Shown piece after piece: positions 62,566 to 64,000 of a DNA stretch of 64,000 bases. Source of the DNA: Balamuthia mandrillaris (taxonomy: Eukaryota). Numbering within the stretch: the stretch's first letter is position 1; the number at the start of each line of letters is the position of its first letter. The DNA lies in assembly GCA_031835245.2 (NCBI GenBank), contig JAVKOQ020000071.1, positions 62,001-126,000 on the forward strand, read 5' to 3'. The notes under the pieces are model-generated. The model worked only from the letters and a program-made list of their open reading frames with translations. It was not told where the DNA came from and searched no databases. A program made the translations under genes and the position numbers.

Positions 62566-63366
62566 TTTTTTTTGTGTTGTGGCTTCTTTCGCTTGTTATT
62601 ATCTTCAACGCTCTTTCGGTTACGACGTTTGTGCCGCAGACAGGATCCGGCAAAGATGTGAAGCAGGAGGGAGCGGGGAGGGGGAGAGAAATAGGATAGA
62701 GAACAACTCTTGATCAGAATCACTGAAACCTCTTCAACACTTTGGGATTGAGGGAACAAGAAACACGATCAAAAACATTAAGCGGAAACAACTACCTCGA
62801 AGAGCCTTCCTCCAAAAAGCTATGCCCGTCTCTGGGTTCCTTCAAGCTTTTCTTTTTTTTGGCTTCTTCTGAACCCACAGAGGAGGTGCGCCTTTTTTTT
62901 ATCCAACCAACAACTGGGGATGAACTATAAAAGCTGCAACTAATTTAGAATTCTAAGTTTTAAAACAAATTTTAATATTTTTGATTGGGAAGTCAAGCTT
63001 TATTTTTTTCATTGGGGATTTTCTTTTTTGTTGGTTTTGTTCACTAGTTGTCTTTTGGTGGAGCTCAACTGTCGCCTGTGCCCCTTCTCTTCCTGCTATT
63101 TTAGACGTCTTTTTCTCTTCTCCAAGGAACAAAATAGGAAAATACGAAAAGGCACGAACCAATAGCTTAAACTCCGTTTATAAGTATGGTAACCATTGGT
63201 AGAAATTACGGCTTCCGGCGGGCCAAGTCGACACGAAGATTTTCTTGCTGAAATTTCGTGTGGATTATTACGTCAGCATATGTTAAATTTTTGATTTTGA
63301 AAAAGTTAAAAAATTAAATTTCGTCAAAAAGAAAAAAGAAAGAGAAGTTTTGTTGTTGTTGGAGAG

Positions 63367-64000
63367 ATGCAACAACAGCAGCAACCAGGTAGCGGTGTTG
63401 CTGCTGCTGCAGCGCCATCCTCCCAAACCTCCGCCAGCGCGCCGCTGCACCACGCCAACACTTACTACGCATCGGGTAGCAGCAGCGGCAGCGGCAGCAA
63501 CCAACATCATCAAAATCAAGGCCTGCATCATCATGCTCATCAACAGCACTACACGCAAGCTTCTACTACGACGCCACCGCCGCCGTACTATCCTTCACCC
63601 GCTTTTACGGCTGCTCGTCCAGTGGCGCCTGGAGGTCACACGCACTCCTACTCCTCCTCCGCTCCCCCTTCGCTCCCTCACATCCAACGCCCGCAAAACG
63701 GCTCGCCGGCTCACACGCCATCCTCATCAACGCCCGTGCATCGTGTCACCACCGCCCCAACCACTGGGATTACCGCCGATATGAGCAACACGAGCGATCC
63801 AACGAGAGCTTCCACCAGTGCACCCTCTTCTACTTCTTCTTTGCCGTACTACCCAACAACGACCACCTTCTCGCCCTCTCCTATTCCGTTTTACGCTCCT
63901 TCTCCTTCTCCTTCTTCGTCTTCTTCAAATGCTAAACAACCATCTGCAATGGATGTGGTAACGCCTTCCGCTGCCGTTAGGACAACCCACTCGGCCTCTC
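63367..64000 (+). CDS. 5' part of a gene with a low-complexity Q/H/S/P/T N-terminus; runs off the window
   Basis: Open frame from MQQQQQPGSG to the window end, downstream of an AT-rich promoter-like region. Confidence 0.6.
   Translation, partial: MQQQQQPGSGVAAAAAPSSQTSASAPLHHANTYYASGSSSGSGSNQHHQNQGLHHHAHQQHYTQASTTTPPPPYYPSPAFTAARPVAPGGHTHSYSSSAPPSLPHIQRPQNGSPAHTPSSSTPVHRVTTAPTTGITADMSNTSDPTRASTSAPSSTSSLPYYPTTTTFSPSPIPFYAPSPSPSSSSSNAKQPSAMDVVTPSAAVRTTHSAS

Overview
Gene-dense, intron-rich eukaryotic DNA. The 5S rRNA resembles what I recall of the Acanthamoeba gene, so a centramoebid amoeba (Acanthamoeba/Balamuthia-like) is likely; this is inference. I can support about 28 protein genes. Housekeeping genes: Rheb, VPS36, U2SURP, RPB6, RPL19, SERP1, GLE1, NOP2, V-ATPase G, RPB5, an NCOA5-like gene, a GDP-fucose-transporter-like gene, PfpI and a FAM193-like gene. 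Also present: two tandem divergent histone H3 genes, two tandem ependymin-like genes, two convergent YEATS genes, several secreted or surface repeat proteins and one dispersed 5S rRNA gene. Most listed ORFs are shadows of microsatellite-filled introns. Main leads: (1) a 67-nt intron bounded by a 12-bp direct repeat whose body is a 56/58 copy of the 3' end of an intron in an unrelated gene 13 kb away, suggesting intron gain or intron mobility; (2) a 10-exon gene for a protein with polymerase-palm-like motifs that resembles phage/giant-virus proteins; (3) a 5S locus with an inverted half-gene and 5' fragments; (4) KR-flanked, oppositely charged amphipathic tail peptides on the ependymin-like pair; (5) a secreted (YDGGDVS/T)n protein; (6) a half-fimbrin fused to a pseudo-receiver-like domain; (7) a recurrent GTCGAC promoter palindrome. 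Gene models were spliced by eye, so boundaries may be off by a few bases, and no database searches were run.
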